Assembly: GCF_001194135.2 (NCBI RefSeq)
Contig: NC_068981.1
Span: 147,873,321-147,937,320, forward strand
Reading direction: 5' to 3'
Length of the DNA: 64,000 nucleotides
Origin: Octopus bimaculoides
Lineage: Eukaryota
A program made the position numbers and the translations under genes. Below are positions 38,168-52,990 of this stretch, piece by piece. The notes under the pieces are model-generated. The model searched no databases, was not told where the DNA came from, and saw only the letters and a program-made list of their open reading frames with translations. How positions within the stretch are numbered: position 1 is the stretch's first letter; the number at the start of each line of letters is the position of its first letter.

Positions 38168-40769
38168 TATTATTATTTATAGAATTGATTTGCTTCTTAT
38201 AAAAGGTTGCATGAAGAAAACTAATGATAACTTGTCAATGAACATTGAAACATGCATCATTGTAGAACGTATATAAGCAAACACTTCACTGTTTAAAGCT
38301 GGAATGTCTATCAAGAATATATATTATTTTAACACTATCATGTTGCTATTCCATAATAACATATAGGAATTGTTGTTGTCTAGAAACTGACTCTGGTTTC
38401 AAATGACTTGCTGTTTAGCAAACTTAGTATTTTGACAAACTTACAAGGAATGAGAAATCTAGATGGATTTGTGGATACGTGTAACTAAACTTTGAATGTT
38501 AACATATTTATATAAGATCTTGGTGTATATTTGATCTTGGTTATTGTGTTTATTTGATTTTTGATTTGTGAAACATTTGATGGGAGAAGTGTAGAGATCA
38601 TGTTAATTCAGAATTCAGAGAGTTCTCCCTCTTTTTTGATGCCCAGGAGTAGGGACAAATTCATCATCATTTCACGTCCATTTTCCATTAGAAATTTATA
38701 CAGAGTCAAGGGATAACCACTGACCAGGGTATACTCAAAACCCAAGTAATGGATAGGCAGAGATAATAACAATAGCCACAACTTCTCCACCTATTATACA
38801 GAATATCATAAGGTCTCAGTCTTTTATGATACTACTATAAGCAAGCAGGTCACAGGCACTCTACATTGCTGTATACTTGCATCAGTGTATTTTTATTTTT
38901 TATAACACAGTTGTTACAGTACTAACACAGCCTTATACTAAATCACTTGCAAGACAAAATAAAATATTCCAAATATTTCTTCTTAATTTAGTAATCTCCT
39001 AATCAGGGGCAAGGGAAGAGCCCATGAACCTTTACATGACCCTGAGACTGGGCGGAAAGAGAGAGAGAAAGGTATCCTTAAACCAGAGACATGTTCTATA
39101 TGCTTGTGATAGATTGGACTCTACTAAATGCACCCAAGCAACAGGAAATGGTATTAATCCATGCAACAGATTAGGTCTATGAGTCAAGTAGACCACAGCA
39201 GAATTTGAACAAAGAATGCAAAGAAATAGAAGAAATATTAGAAAGCATCCTGTCCAATGCTCTCATGTTTCTACCAATCCACTGTCTCAGACCATTATTT
39301 TATTTATCAAAGCAGGAAAAAGAAAAGGCGTAACTGACCTCAGTAAGATTTAAATTCAAAACACTATTTTACAATTATGAATTTATGAAAAAGTCATACA
39401 AGAAGGATGTTGTTTTTGATTTTTAGTTCTATTTCTGCATACAAACAGTAATCCTCCTTTCTCAATCACTTTTGATAGATTATTCCTTAGTTTTCTTATG
39501 AATCTTATTTACAAATCTATGAGTTTTTCATTATAAGGAACTTACAAGGTCACAAGTAGCTTGTAGGACATACATTACTCAGGCATTGCTTAAAAAGAAA
39601 TATTAAGTGTAAACTGCAATGAACAAAAATATATGTGTAATATGTAATTTGTGGTAAAAGATTGCCTTACACTGAAAAATATTTTTACTTGATTCATGGA
39701 AGTAAAATTTTTTGTAGTAAAGGCAGCAGTCAGAAATTTATTAATGGACCGACTATATCAAACAGAAGGAGTAGTTTATCAATCACAAAGCTTACACTTG
39801 CTAATGTGTTAATGTTCAAACAAAACAGACCATTCCATATATGAGAATTAGTACATGTAGATTTTAGTTTGTTTTTCTTTTACTGTACAGAGTATTAACA
39901 AGATAGTTAGGTGTAAAAGCTATATAACTTTGAAAAGAGAAACTAAATCTTTTTTTCTGAAGTTTTGGCAATGATAATTGTTGTGCTCATAGTATCTTTA
40001 AATAGGTTCTACAATCTATGTTTTCCTATAATGACATGAGCAACATGTTTCTGGATATCCAAACAAATACATGAATTTATAAAAGAGCTATTTTACAGCT
40101 AAATGCTCATTCATACTACTTGCTATATTCAACATATTTTTAAACAAGTTAAATTAAACAACTTCAGTTACAAGCTTTGCCTAAAGGTGAATACACCTCA
40201 ATGCTTGTAATAAGCCAATAACTGAACATCCAAAGCCAAACTCACTTACCACTTCTCCTACAAAATATGAATCAAAATAAGAACAAAAATAAAGTTATCC
40301 AATATCTTTCAACAAATGTTAAACTGAAATTCAACTCGAGCCTAAATATATCTCTTGTTGCATCATCTAATATGTTTTAAACCATTTAGTAACATTAAGC
40401 AAAACAATTAACATCTTTCATTCAATTACTATAGATTTCAGCGTAAACTATTTCGTAAAGAGCAGACCATTATTTTAATTACACAATAGACATTTAATTA
40501 AAGCTGCTCTTAAATTTTAATTGAGCTTTGGAAATACAATTTTATCGTCTTTCAAATAATTTTTGCTTTCATATTTGTAATTAATACCTTCTCAAACTTG
40601 AGTAACTCTGTAAGGTATTGAATCACAATGTCAGCATTTTCATAATTTATCCCTTGGGTAATTGACTATAAATCTATTTTCTTTCAACAGTATTTTTCTG
40701 TATACTTATCTATACACATGCATATCTGTGCACGCGTATGTGTGTGTGTGTGTGTACATATATATATAT

Positions 40770-41011
40770 NNNNNNNNNNNNNNNNNNNNNNNNNNNNNNN
40801 NNNNNNNNNNNNNNNNNNNNNNNNNNNNNNNNNNNNNNNNNNNNNNNNNNNNNNNNNNNNNNNNNNNNNNNNNNNNNNNNNNNNNNNNNNNNNNNNNNNN
40901 NNNNNNNNNNNNNNNNNNNNNNNNNNNNNNNNNNNNNNNNNNNNNNNNNNNNNNNNNNNNNNNNNNNNNNNNNNNNNNNNNNNNNNNNNNNNNNNNNNNN
41001 NNNNNNNNNNN
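40770..41011. other. Assembly gap flanked by (TA)n and (GA)n
   Basis: N-run. Confidence 1.
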
Positions 41012-41098
<87 letters not shown>

Positions 41099-43044
41099 TG
41101 GATGTTTTTTAAATATGTGCATATATATAGCTAACTAAATACATGCATTTAAGTATATGTGTACGTGTGTATGTGTGTGTGTATGTGTGTGTGTGTGTGT
41201 GTGTTTATAAACTCATATCAATACTGGTTCCCACAAGGTATTGTATTTCTCTTGTCATGTTTATATATATTATATTTCTCTTGTACTTATAAATCTAAAT
41301 ACTTAAGATGCAGCATTTAGAATTAGCTGATTTTTCTTGTTTGTGTGAATATGGTGGTAAACACAATACAGAATATTTCCAACAAAGAATGTTTCAAAAT
41401 ATTTAGTATTTATTTGTCAATCACAAATTCTCAAAGCAAAAAACATTCACTGTATGAAATAAAGTATATTCTTTTCAATATTTGATTTGTTTAGAATGAT
41501 TAATATCTTTAAAATATATTTCATTTATATAACTGCATTAACTAGCAAATAAACACATCCTATCAAATAATGTTATCTATAAGCTAGCTGTTGCATCTTT
41601 CATGTTTTTCTCTTTAGTTTAACTTACCACTTATCTCTGTGTAGTAAAAGCAGATTATAGGGAAGAGAATAATCATAAAATTGGTAGCAAGCATTGATTC
41701 TTTGCTTCTGCTATGAAGTACAACAAGACACCTACAGCTGTTCCAAGAATTTTGGCAACCACCATTGATATTACTGAGAAGTGGTGGTATGGGCAGCAAT
41801 GGAAATCAATAAGCTTCAGAGATTAGACTGTACAGAATTCATATTGAAAAGCATGTGTATTGTGAAATTCTATAGCTACTTTGTATCTGCTGAGCAACTT
41901 GGCATAAGGATCAAACCAAACATGTTACTGCAATTTATTTTTTAAGTTTTCAGTCACATACATGATTGTCTTGTCATCATCATCTCAGAGAGTTGAGAAA
42001 ACTTAGGACTTTCATCATCATCATCATCATCATTTAACGTCCACCTTCCATGCTAGCATGGGTGGGACTGAGTTGGTTTTTGATAACAGTTTTTGTAGTA
42101 GAGCTTTTTGAACTTATAACATAATTTTTTTTTATAATAATGGTCAGTATTATAATAGAACAGTATAATAATAGAACAGGTTCCACTGTCAAAAGTATAA
42201 TGAAATTTACAGTTTATCTTTCCTGGGATAATCCTCACAAATTGAAACTGTCAACAGTAACTGATGTGCTCAACAGAAGGAAGTTCAAACTTATACAATG
42301 TTAGTTAATTTCATGTATTTTCAATCTGTTGCTGTTTGTTTCACTTTCTCCAGATATCAGCTGTTATTTTTCTCTGGTTTCTTTACTATATGCTATTCTT
42401 TCCAAGTGACTAAGATTCCTTAAAAAAGAAATGACAGGAGAACATAACTGTCCCCTGAGAATCAGGAAAGTTAATATATAGCAGTTATATTTTGCATGAC
42501 AGCCTAATTTTCTTCTAACCAGAAGATTTTTTGCAGTTATCCTTAACATTAAGGTAATCTCAACAAATAATAACAATTTTAAGGACCATTATGGTCCAAT
42601 TATATGCCTCCTTAAGGACATTGCTTCACTACTTGCCACAGTTTATCTAACTAGAAAATTGTATACTGAAAGCAACAAATAACAAGAATGTATGCAATTA
42701 TAAGAAGTTACTCCTTCAAACTTCTTGGAAAAATTCATAAGCATCAATGGTGGGGTTAAAAAACATATAGTCATAACTGCATTTGTTTGTACATAGCATG
42801 TGTGTGCGTGTGTGTGTTTGTGTGTGTGCACGTGTGCTTATGTGCATGTGTGTATGTGTGCACACACACGTGATGATGCCTTTATGTGACTTTATGTGAC
42901 TTTATGCTATAAGGCCTTTGTTTTTAAGCATGAATATCAAAATTAATGCAAACCATTCAATGAAGAAGAAATTTAGATTCTTGGGAAAATTTGATGAATT
43001 TTTTTTGTACACACAAAACATATATTTAGATACCTTATTTTCAT

Positions 43045-43051
43045 CTCCCTA

Positions 43052-43112
<61 letters not shown>

Positions 43113-43353
43113 GTCACTCACACATGCACAAACACACATATGTATATATATATATACATATATATATGTATATACACTCACACACATACATATATATACA
43201 CACACACACACATATACACACACATACATACATGCATGCATACGTACATGCATACATGCTGCAAAGTTACATTGTATTACAATAGATAGGATGTTTATAA
43301 CTGAGAATATAAAAATACACGCGCGCGCGCACACACACACGCACACACACACA

Positions 43354-43422
<69 letters not shown>
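43045..43422. repeat. Compound (TA)/(CA) microsatellite
   Basis: Directly visible. Confidence 0.95.
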
Positions 43423-43426
<4 letters not shown>

Positions 43427-44822
43427 CATTGTTTTTAAGGATTTGAAATTCAACTAGTATATTTTTCATAATATAAATTATTTCAACTGGTATGCTTCTT
43501 TTTTCACTCTTATTATAAAATCCCATTGAATAAAACAGGAAACATTGTTCTTAGTTTATACAAACAGAAATATTCAAAATATAGAGAATGCTGGATAATT
43601 TAATTGATTTTTGTTACTGCGGAATTTCCTAAACATCTACTGAGAATGAAAAATCATGTTTTAAATTTTAGCCTAACAAAAAATCAAAATTTCCCCAAAT
43701 TAAAAAGCCAAAAATAAGCAAAGCAAAGAAAACATTGTGTTGTTATCACAATAGTGTGAGTTCACTATATAAAATTGAAGAGGCAGCTACATTATATGTA
43801 AATATTGTTATATGCTGACATTCATACATATACATATAATTCTGTGTGTATTTGTATGTGTTTGCATGAGTGCATACACATGCAGATCTTTGCATGCACT
43901 TGCACTTATATATGTAGACATGTAATTATGAATGTTTTGCAAGAGTACTTTTAGAGTTTTGAATTATGCTAGAATATTATATGTAATGACAACTGTCTTA
44001 TCACTAATGGACACAGGCATATATTTTTAGTTGCAAAAATGTAAAAGCATAAGTATAAGTTACTTTTGTTGTTGCTGGTGCTGTTGTTAACCCTTTTAAT
44101 ATCACAATGGTTGAAATTATCTGTAGTAAAGTGCTAATATTTAAATTAAAATCTTACTCAGAGTCTAAATATAACATAAACTCAACAACACTACTCCTGA
44201 CATGCTTATGCTCTCTTTTCTCTTTATAGTTCTTTTACCTTTCATTTTCCTGTCTTTTTTGTGTTTTATTCTGTGTACTATGTATGCACTTTTAGCTTTC
44301 ATTGCTGTCTTTTCTTACTTGTCATATTGATGCTCTGTACCCACTCTTACTCTTTTCCAACAAGTTGTAGTGCATCAGGGCTCTGTATACAATAAGCTCC
44401 TAATTATAATTATTTTATTATCGTTGCACAACTTCTAACACTGGAGATGTACTACAATGTCAGCTGTTCACTGCCAGTGAACTAAGGTAACACCCCTTAT
44501 TTTTCGAGCACCATCTGGAGTATTTGAGTGGGTCCAAGCAGTGCTGTTTTCTGCAAGTGCTCCACCCTTATTGCAGCCCCTCAAGATTTTTACCAGGGCT
44601 CCAACAATTATTGGTACTACTACCACCTTTTTCAGCGACCACAATTTCTTAACCTCCCAAGCTAACCTGTTATATCTATTGACTTTTCTTTCTTCCTTAT
44701 TGCATACCTTGTTGTCAGCTAGGCATGCTATATCTATGACCCAGCATTATTATCATTATTATTATTAATATCATCATAAGATTTCTGTTGGCCAACAATA
44801 ACATAAATAGGGGTCTCTATGA

Positions 44823-45583
44823 CAGTGGGTCTGAGTCTTTTGTAGCTCAGTGGCCCCCACTTCTACTGAATAATATTTACAAACCTTCAAAACTCCCCCA
44901 CAAAGAAACAGATTGTTTTAACCAAATAAAAGCTAATTTTATGCACTGGTTTATTATTCATATGTTCTTATACTATTCCATCCAACATGTGCTTACTTTT
45001 AAATATTTGCATGGATAATTGCCCCTGCATTAAGTTTTATGCATACAGACATGGTTATATGATTAAGAAGCTTTGCGACCACATGGTTTTGGGTTCTATC
45101 CCACTACACAGTGTCTTGGGCAAATATCTTTTATTATAGCCTCAGACCAAGAATTGCCTTGCGAGCGAATTTGGTAGAGAGAAAATGAGTGGAAGGCAGC
45201 TCCCCCTCTTTCTCCCCCCTCTCTCTCTCTCTCTCTCTTTCAAAGGCAGTGCCCCTTCATGGCCACAGTTCAATGACTGAAACAAGTAAAAGATCACTAA
45301 AGAAAAGAAGAACATATAAAGAAATTATATTAAACCTTGGTACATAATCAGTCCTAGTTCTGGTCACTAATAATAAATTATCCAACATATATTCTAATCT
45401 CAATTAATTATTTTTTTAATCTGTTTAAATAGAAGTAGTATACCTGGTTAAATTATTTCTAAGAATAATCACATCGCCTCTATACACCCAGAACTCCTAT
45501 AGTGCCTTTGTGACATTCACTGCCACTTTCTTAGCTCACAACATCCCCAAGAGGGCACTTTCTGACCAGGTTAAGAACCACTG
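44823..45583. mobile_element. hAT-type MITE with a nested SINE
   Basis: CAGTGG...CCACTG ends; 8-bp TSD CTCTATGA / CTCTATGT; SINE-A inserted at about 45050-45300. Confidence 0.75.
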
Positions 45584-46689
45584 CTCTATGTGATTGCTTG
45601 ACTTGATAGAAACAGCAGTTAGCTTTTCCTATAATGCATCATATCTTAAAAAATGCAGGACAACACATTGGGTAAAGTAGTCTAGGGATTCACTCAGGTT
45701 AGATGGTGTAGAGAGCACATGTCTTGACTGTCACATTGTACCTCTATATGATTCTTTACTGCTTATTAGAGTGAGTGTCATAATTCTTGCCTGGGTGAAG
45801 ACATAATGTAACTAGAAAAACCAAATATGAGTGCCATTCCAGATATGTATGTGCCAACTACCAATAGGCTACCTGATCGGAGCTGACCTAGGGTTATATA
45901 ATAACAACATCATCCCTAATAATCTTCTTTGTCACCCTATACTAAGCTTCATATACCAAGAACAGTTCACTCTTAGCAATTTTAAAACAAAAAACTCATG
46001 TGCTCATTTGTTACCTTTAGAAATATTTAATAGTCTTCATTTTCTTTTTCTTTGCTTTTTTTGGCCAATTCCACTATTATTGGAAAGAAATAATAAACAA
46101 TTTTATTACTGAAGACCAAAACAACAATTTGATAGTTCTTTTTGAATTTGTTTTATTGAATTTTTCTTCAAAATCCACTTTATTAGCTACCTTCAACATA
46201 AACCAATCTAAATAAATAAATTTAAAAAAGTCTACAAGTTACCATAATTGTGTTCATCAATTCATCACACACCAGCTTATTGATTATGGTTCTAAAATTA
46301 TTCCAACCAAACTACACTTATATGAAATCATTTAATTAAAAAACATATTTCTCAGTAAAAATACTTAAATTGTATAAATATTAAGAAGAAAAAAAATTAG
46401 TTTAAAACCCCTTGAATATTCAGTCTTCCATCAGTATGTATCTACTTTGTCATAATTTCACATAAAGATATTTTTAAGCTTTAATGAGTATAAACAATCA
46501 ATTTCAATGTCTGGCTGAAATTAGGAATTTTATGACTGAAGAATTTTCCTTGAAAATAATAACAAAATAGGAAAGAACTCTCCATCACGTTTCATTTGCG
46601 TGTAAATAACTGATATTTGTCTAAATTTGTAAAATAAGTTTTCTGATGCTTTGAGCAGAGAATTTTTTCTGGGAAGAGAGTCAGTCTAG

Positions 46690-47552
46690 ATAAGATGCAG
46701 TTTGGGTTCATGCTAGGGAAAAGCACCACTGATGCTATATTTCTGGTAAGACAGCTGCAAGAGAAATACCTAGCTAAAGATAAACCTCTGTACTTGGCTT
46801 TCGTTGACATGGAGAAAGCCTTTAACAGGGTCCCCCAATCACTTATCTGGTGGTCAATGAGGAAACTAGGCATAGATGAATGGTTAGTGAGAGCTGTGCA
46901 AGCCATGTACAGGGATGCTGTCAGTAGAGTGAGGGTTGGCAACGAGTACATTGAAGAATTCTGAGTAGGGGTAGGGGTCCACCAAGGATCAGTCCTCAGT
47001 CCCCTCTTATTCATCATAGTCCTGAGTCACTATCAGAACTAGAGGAAAAGTTTCTGGTGTGGAAGCAAGGATTAGAATCGTAGGTCCTTAGAGGCAACCA
47101 AGCTAAAACCAAAGTCTTAATAAGTAGGAAGGCAGACAAACCACAAATGTCTTCAGGTAGATGGCCCTGCTCGATCTGTAGAAAAGGCGTAGGTAGAAAC
47201 TCCATAGGATGTATCCAGAGTATGATCATTGCCAGTGCCGCCTTACCGGCACGTAAAAAACAACATTCGAGTGTGGTTGTTGCCAGTGCCACCGGACTGG
47301 CTCCCATGCAGGTAGCACATAAAAACACCTTTTGAGCGTGGTCGTTGCCAGAACCGCCTGACTGGCTTTCGTGCTGGTGGCACGTAAAAGCACTCACTAC
47401 ACTCTCAGAGGGTTGGCATTAGGAAGGGCATCCAGCTGTAGAAACTTTGCCATATCAGACTGAGCCTGGTGCAACCTCTAGCTCACCAGTCCTCAGTCAA
47501 ATTGTCCAACCCATGCCAGCATGGAAAGCGGACAGTAAACGATGATGATGAT
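46690..47552 (+). mobile_element. RTE-clade LINE remnant: reverse transcriptase fragments plus 3' UTR and (GAT)n tail
   Basis: QFGFMLGKSTTDAIFLVRQLQEKY...FVDMEKAFNRVP...GVHQGSVLSPLLFII, then WKQGLES and RWPCSICRKGVGRNS; stops and internal deletions; the YADD region is missing. Confidence 0.9.
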
Positions 47553-47993
47553 GTATTGTAACTTCATTCACAGTCATCCACACTTCTTCACAAGAACTCA
47601 TTTCTCCTCATGGCACAACCATCTTATTTTATAAACTTTATTCACTTGTTTTTTTTACTAATGCAGTCCATCACTACTTTATTCAGATTTTTAGCTTTCC
47701 TTTCTTCTTTGTGTTGAAGTTTAAACAAGTACAAAATCCAGTTTCCTCCAATTGAGTAGGCCTCAGACAATGAGAGCAACCAACAAAATGTGTTTTAGAT
47801 AGGCTATTAATAAATTCTACCTGCCAAATATGTGTGTGTGTGTGTATAAATATATAAACATACATAAATATATATATGCGTATAAATATATACAGCTCTT
47901 CGATGCTGTTAACTGTTCACTAATACATCAAGCATTTCTGAAAAAAAGTGACATAAAAAAGTAATCAAATTTAACCTGAACACCTTATATAAA

Positions 47994-48135
<142 letters not shown>

Positions 48136-48653
48136 CGTGAGCATGCACACACACATTTGTGCATGTGTACCATTATCTGGATATATCATGTGATAGTTGT
48201 ATACAAGTGCCAGTCAGATAAAGAATATCGTTTGTTTCAAGGTTTTCCATGGCAAACATATCTGACCATATTAACTTGCTTGGAAACAGACAAGGGTTGG
48301 TAACAAGATGGGCATCTGGCTGATGAAAATCTGACTCAATATATTCCATTGGACCTATGCAAGCATGGAAAAGTGGTCATTAAATGATGATGATGGGGAT
48401 GATGTGTGTGTGTATATATTTAGATTCCAGTACTTAAATTTTGTTTTTGCAGCCAGTTGGATAAAAAGCAAACAGAACTTTATATATAAATACAACAGAT
48501 GACCAAAGAAATAAACAAATTAAAGCCTGAGGTAACTCATTTATGATAACCTTCATCGATAAGAACAAAAAAGAATCTTTTAATAAAACTTGTAAAATGA
48601 GAAAACTTGTATAGGTGCAGGCATGGTTGTGTAAGCGCAAGCATGGCTGTGTA

Positions 48654-48780
48654 CAGGGTGTCCACAAGGTCTGGGTACATGAAGTAAATAAAATCATAAC
48701 ATAAACAATTAAATATAAGAAATAATAATTTCTTAAAGTATGTGTTAATCCCCATGTACCCAGACTTTGTGGTCACCCTG
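48654..48780. mobile_element. 127-bp Tc1/mariner-type MITE
   Basis: TA TSD on both sides; ~28-bp TIRs CAGGGTGTCCACAAGGTCTGGGTACATG / CATGTACCCAGACTTTGTGGTCACCCTG; AT-rich core. Confidence 0.9.
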
Positions 48781-48799
48781 TAGATGCCGGCATGGCTGT

Positions 48800-48964
48800 G
48801 TAGGCACAGGCATGGCTGTGTGGTAAGAAGCTTGCTTCTCAACCACATGGTTCTGGGTTCAGTCCTGCTGTGTGACATCTTGGGCAAGTGTCTTCTACTG
48901 TAGCCTCGGGCAAATCAAAGCTTTGTGTGTGGATTTGATAGACGGAAACTGAAAGAAGCCCTTC

Positions 48965-49006
<42 letters not shown>

Positions 49007-49237
49007 GTTTGTGAGTTTGTGTTTGTCCCCTCACCATTGCTTGACAACCGATGTTAATGTGTTTACACCCCCGTAACTTAACGGTTTGGCAAAAGAGACT
49101 GATAGAATAAGTACTAGACTTACAAAGAATAAGTCCTGGGGGGGTCGATTCATTCGACTAAAGGTGGTGCTCCAGCATGGCCACAGTCAAATGACTGAAA
49201 CAAGTATAAGAATAAAAGAATAAAAGAATAAAAGAAT
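48800..49237 (+). mobile_element. SINE-A, full length
   Basis: Colinear with 13497-13912; (AATAAAAG)n tail. Confidence 0.9.
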
Positions 49238-50394
49238 AGGGAATTTTTGATATTCTAAGCAAGGTCCACCTGAAAAAAAAGGGGGGGAAAAAATGGAACT
49301 TGTTCATATTTGTAAACACACTTATCTATTATGTTGATTTATGGTCAAAGCATATTCTGAGATTTATCTTCTGTCATAAAAATCTCAGTCAAGTTATCCA
49401 ACAGGATTAAGAACTGAAACAGTTTTCTTAAGTAAAACGGAATATTTGGCTGCTGTAAAAGCAGGTTAAACAACCTTTTTTTTTTTTTTTTTATAAAATC
49501 TTCTTAGATTCTTCTACTTGTAAATATCCTAAAGTCTGGAAACTAAACATCATCTCATGCAAATTTCAATTGTTGCTCTTCAGCCACATGTCAAAATGGA
49601 TCAAGCAGACCTATGAACAAAAATATTCCAGTTGTGACAATATTTTCTTTTAATAGATATCTAAAGGTATTTTTCAGACAAAATATTGTGTTAATTTAGC
49701 AAAAAGAGACCAAGAAAGAGAGAATAGGATGAAAAATTGGTATATAAGTATGATGCACATCATACAGGTATAATTATCCTATATGCATTTGGTTAGTCAT
49801 CTCCTTTCACAGCTATTAAAGAGAGTTTATGTAAAGTTTATATTATATCGTATAAAATATTTATAGAATATTCCTATTGTTCAGGTAGAGATATTCTACA
49901 TGCATTAGATTATTCATCTCTTTTAACAGTTGTTTAAATGGAAGTTTATATAATATTCCTCTTCATTTGAAAAGTGTTAGGGAACAGATCCTGTTGTAGA
50001 TAAATACATATGCTACAGAGACAATGATATGTTGCGCTATATAATGGCCAGATTACTGTATCATCACTCTGTTCAAACTGCCCTCCACAGTTACAATGTT
50101 ATAAGGATACAGAGACAAATATATAAAAAGACAGATCAAAGGGTACAAATATACATGCTTACATACACACTAAATGTATAACATAAACACACATTTATAC
50201 ACAGATATACATGTGTAAATGTACTCATACACAAATAAATGGATGTTTATGTAAATACACATAAATACATCAATATATAATTCCAAATATCTGTATTTCC
50301 CCATATATATATTGCCACGAACTGATGCTTATGTTGTTGTTAATGATTATTTTACCTTTGTTGTACAGCCTTTTGTTCTGTACAATTTTTTATA

Positions 50395-50690
50395 TAATAA
50401 TAATGAGCTTATTGTTCAGGTGCACAGCTTGTTGGGAAAGAGTAAGAGGAGACCGAGAACAGCAATAAGTCAAGTAAAGAAAGACAGCAACGATAGCCAG
50501 AAGTGCATGCATAATACATAAGGTAATACACAAGAAGATAGAAAAGTGAACAGTAATACAGTCATAAAGAGGAAAGAATGCATTGACACATCAAGAGTAG
50601 TGTTGGTGAATTTCAGGAAGCATGGAATTTTTGAAGGAAGTTGTACCCTAAAAGCTAGCAACCAATACGGATAGTCTATTCCATGATTTA
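50395..50690 (-). mobile_element. LINE 3' end/UTR remnant, related to 44180-44410 (+)
   Basis: Shared CTCTTACTCTTTYCCAACAAG...ACAATAAGCTC terminus with (ATT)n. Confidence 0.55.
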
Positions 50691-51400
50691 ACAATTCTGA
50701 ATATGAAAACTGTTTCTAAAAGTCATGGGAGTTGCACTGTTTTGTTTGATTTTATAAACATATTCATGAACGAAATCCTAAATTTACAAAGTTGACCAAA
50801 AATGTTGTTGGAGAGATGAAGGGTGGGCTTCAACTAAGGTGCTGGACATCAAAGCTTTAGTGTGTTGATACCCAAAGAAGCAAAATGTTCAGAAAGTGAC
50901 TGACAGAAGGTATTTGTCTGAACAGGTTACTGCAGATTGATATTTTGGACATAATAGGGAATCCAGATTAGAGAATCAGATTATAATTACACACATTTAA
51001 CAATAGCATTTTGTTTAATACCATATTATTAGCATTGAGTGTCAGACAAAATGCCTTATGGCATTTTTCCCTGGTCTTTAAATTCTGAGTTCAAATCCTG
51101 TCAAGGCCAAATTTGCTTTTCATCTTTCTGGGATCAATGAAATAAGCACTAGTCAAGTACTGGGGTTGATATAATCAACTATTCTTCCCCCACCCCACCA
51201 ATCCACCACAAAAAAATAATGTCAGACTTTGTGCTTATGGTAGAAATAATTATTAGCTCAAGGTCAAGCTAAAAGTGCTTTTGTAAAAGTTGAATTGGTA
51301 TGGCAAACAGCAATATCACTCAAATTTATATTCCATCTTAAACAACACAAAAACGAACAACGATAAAAAAAATTCTGAATGATTGGATATAATCATACCC

Positions 51401-51776
51401 CTGTGGTGGCACAATGGCCCAGTGGTTAGGGCAGCGGACTCGTGGTCATAGGATCGTGGTTTCGATTCCCAGACCAGGCGTTGTGAGTGTTTATTGAGCG
51501 AGAACACCTAAAGCTCCACAAGGCTCCGGTGAACCCTGCTGTACTCTTTCACCACAACTTTCTCTCACTCTTACTTCCTGTTTCTGTTGTGCCTGTAATT
51601 CAAAGGGTCAGCCTCGTCACACTGTGTCACACTGAATATCTCCGAGAACTACATTAAGGGTACACGTGTCTGTGGAGTGCTCAGCCACTTGCACGTTAAT
51701 TTCACGAGCAGGCTGTTCCGTTGATTGGATCAACTGGAACCTTCGACGTCATAAGTGACGGAGTGCCAACAACAAC
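51401..51776 (+). mobile_element. SINE-C, full length, with 10-bp TSD
   Basis: TSD AATCATACCC at 51391-51400 and 51777-51786; A-box TGGCCCAGTGG and B-box GTTTCGATTCC; (CAA)n tail. Confidence 0.9.
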
Positions 51777-51919
51777 AATCATACCCTGCTAAGGGAGTTC
51801 CCTTTGAATGATTAAATATTGGATTAAATGGAATATTGAGCCAAATTCAAAACCACACAAAAAAAGAAAAAAACAGTAAAAATACTCCTTAATTGCAAAC
51901 CAAAATAATAAAAAAAAAG

Positions 51920-52535
51920 TACAGGAATGGCTGTGTGGTTAAGAAGTTCACTTGGCAACCATGTGGTGTTAAGTTCAGTTCCACTATCTGGTACTTTGGG
52001 CAAGTTTTTATTATAATAGTTCCAAGCCATCCAATGCTTTTGAGTGGATTTGGTAGACAGAAACCATGCAGAAACTCGGCAGTTAGCTGACAGAAATGTT
52101 AGCACGCCGAGTGAAATGCTTAGCGGTATTTCATCTGCCACTACGTTCTGAGTTCAAATTCCGCTGAGGTCGACTTTGCCTTTCATCCTTTTGAGGTGAA
52201 TTAAATAAGTACCAGTTACGCACTGGGGTCGATATAATCGACTTAATCTGTTTGTTCCCTCTGTGTGTAGCCCCTTGTGGGCAGTAAAGAAATAAGAAAC
52301 CATGCAGAAACTCGTTGTGTGTGTCTGCCCGCACGTGTCTTTATGTTTGTCCCAAACCAATGTTTGACAGCTGGCATAGCTCTGTTTATGCCCCTGTAAC
52401 TTAGTAGTTCAGCAAAGGACACTAATAGAATAAGTACCAGATTTTAAAATAAGTCCTGGGGTTGATTTGTTCAACTAAACCCTATAAGGTGGTGCCCCAG
52501 CATGGCCATAGTCCAGTAAGTGGGACAAATAAGGG
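51920..52535 (+). mobile_element. SINE-A interrupted by SINE-B
   Basis: Host halves 51920-52078 and 52295-52535 are colinear with SINE-A. Confidence 0.85.
52079..52294 (+). mobile_element. SINE-B with 20-bp TSD
   Basis: TSD AGAAACCATGCAGAAACTCG at 52059-52078 and 52295-52314; B-box GAGTTCAAATTCC; AAAGAAATAA tail. Confidence 0.9.
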
Positions 52536-52980
52536 AGAAAAAGATATTTCAGAAACGACCTTTGCTAGCTATCAATGAAAATAATACTAGCTCCTTATCA
52601 ACAATGTGAAAATGAAGTTCTAAAGTTAAGGACTGACATGAACAGATCAAAAAAATTATAAGAAGCATTATAATCTCACATCATGGACAACTGCACGTGT
52701 GTGTGTGTGTGTGTATGTGTGTGATGTTTATAGTCTAAAATACACTGGTTTTTAAACTGTAAATACAAACATCTCTCTCTCTCTCTCTCTCTCACTCACA
52801 CACACACACACACTATGCCAATTCTTAGATTTTAATAAAAAAAATATTTTAGCTCTTTAAAAAGAATTTATTTAAATATTTGCAATAATCTGATTAAATG
52901 TTGATTCAAGTGACTTACTTTGATCAATTTTATTTGTTTTTCAGTCAACTGTTTACAACTAATAGTCAGCATACAGTACT

Positions 52981-52990
52981 AAGATGGCGG
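52981..52990. promoter_or_regulatory. YY1 consensus site AAGATGGCGG in a small CpG-containing non-repeat patch
   Basis: Exact consensus match, with nearby CpGs in otherwise CpG-poor DNA; motif only. Confidence 0.25.

Noticed and set aside
35990-45900. Scattered minus-strand segments with good single splice sites and hydrophobic translations (near 36040, 38790, 41750, 45880)
   Set aside because: I could not join them into a stop-free chain with canonical sites, and their similarity to transporters was only impressionistic.
51401-51475. Possible functional tRNA genes at SINE heads
   Set aside because: Each continues into a SINE body and lacks a closed acceptor stem and a Pol III terminator.
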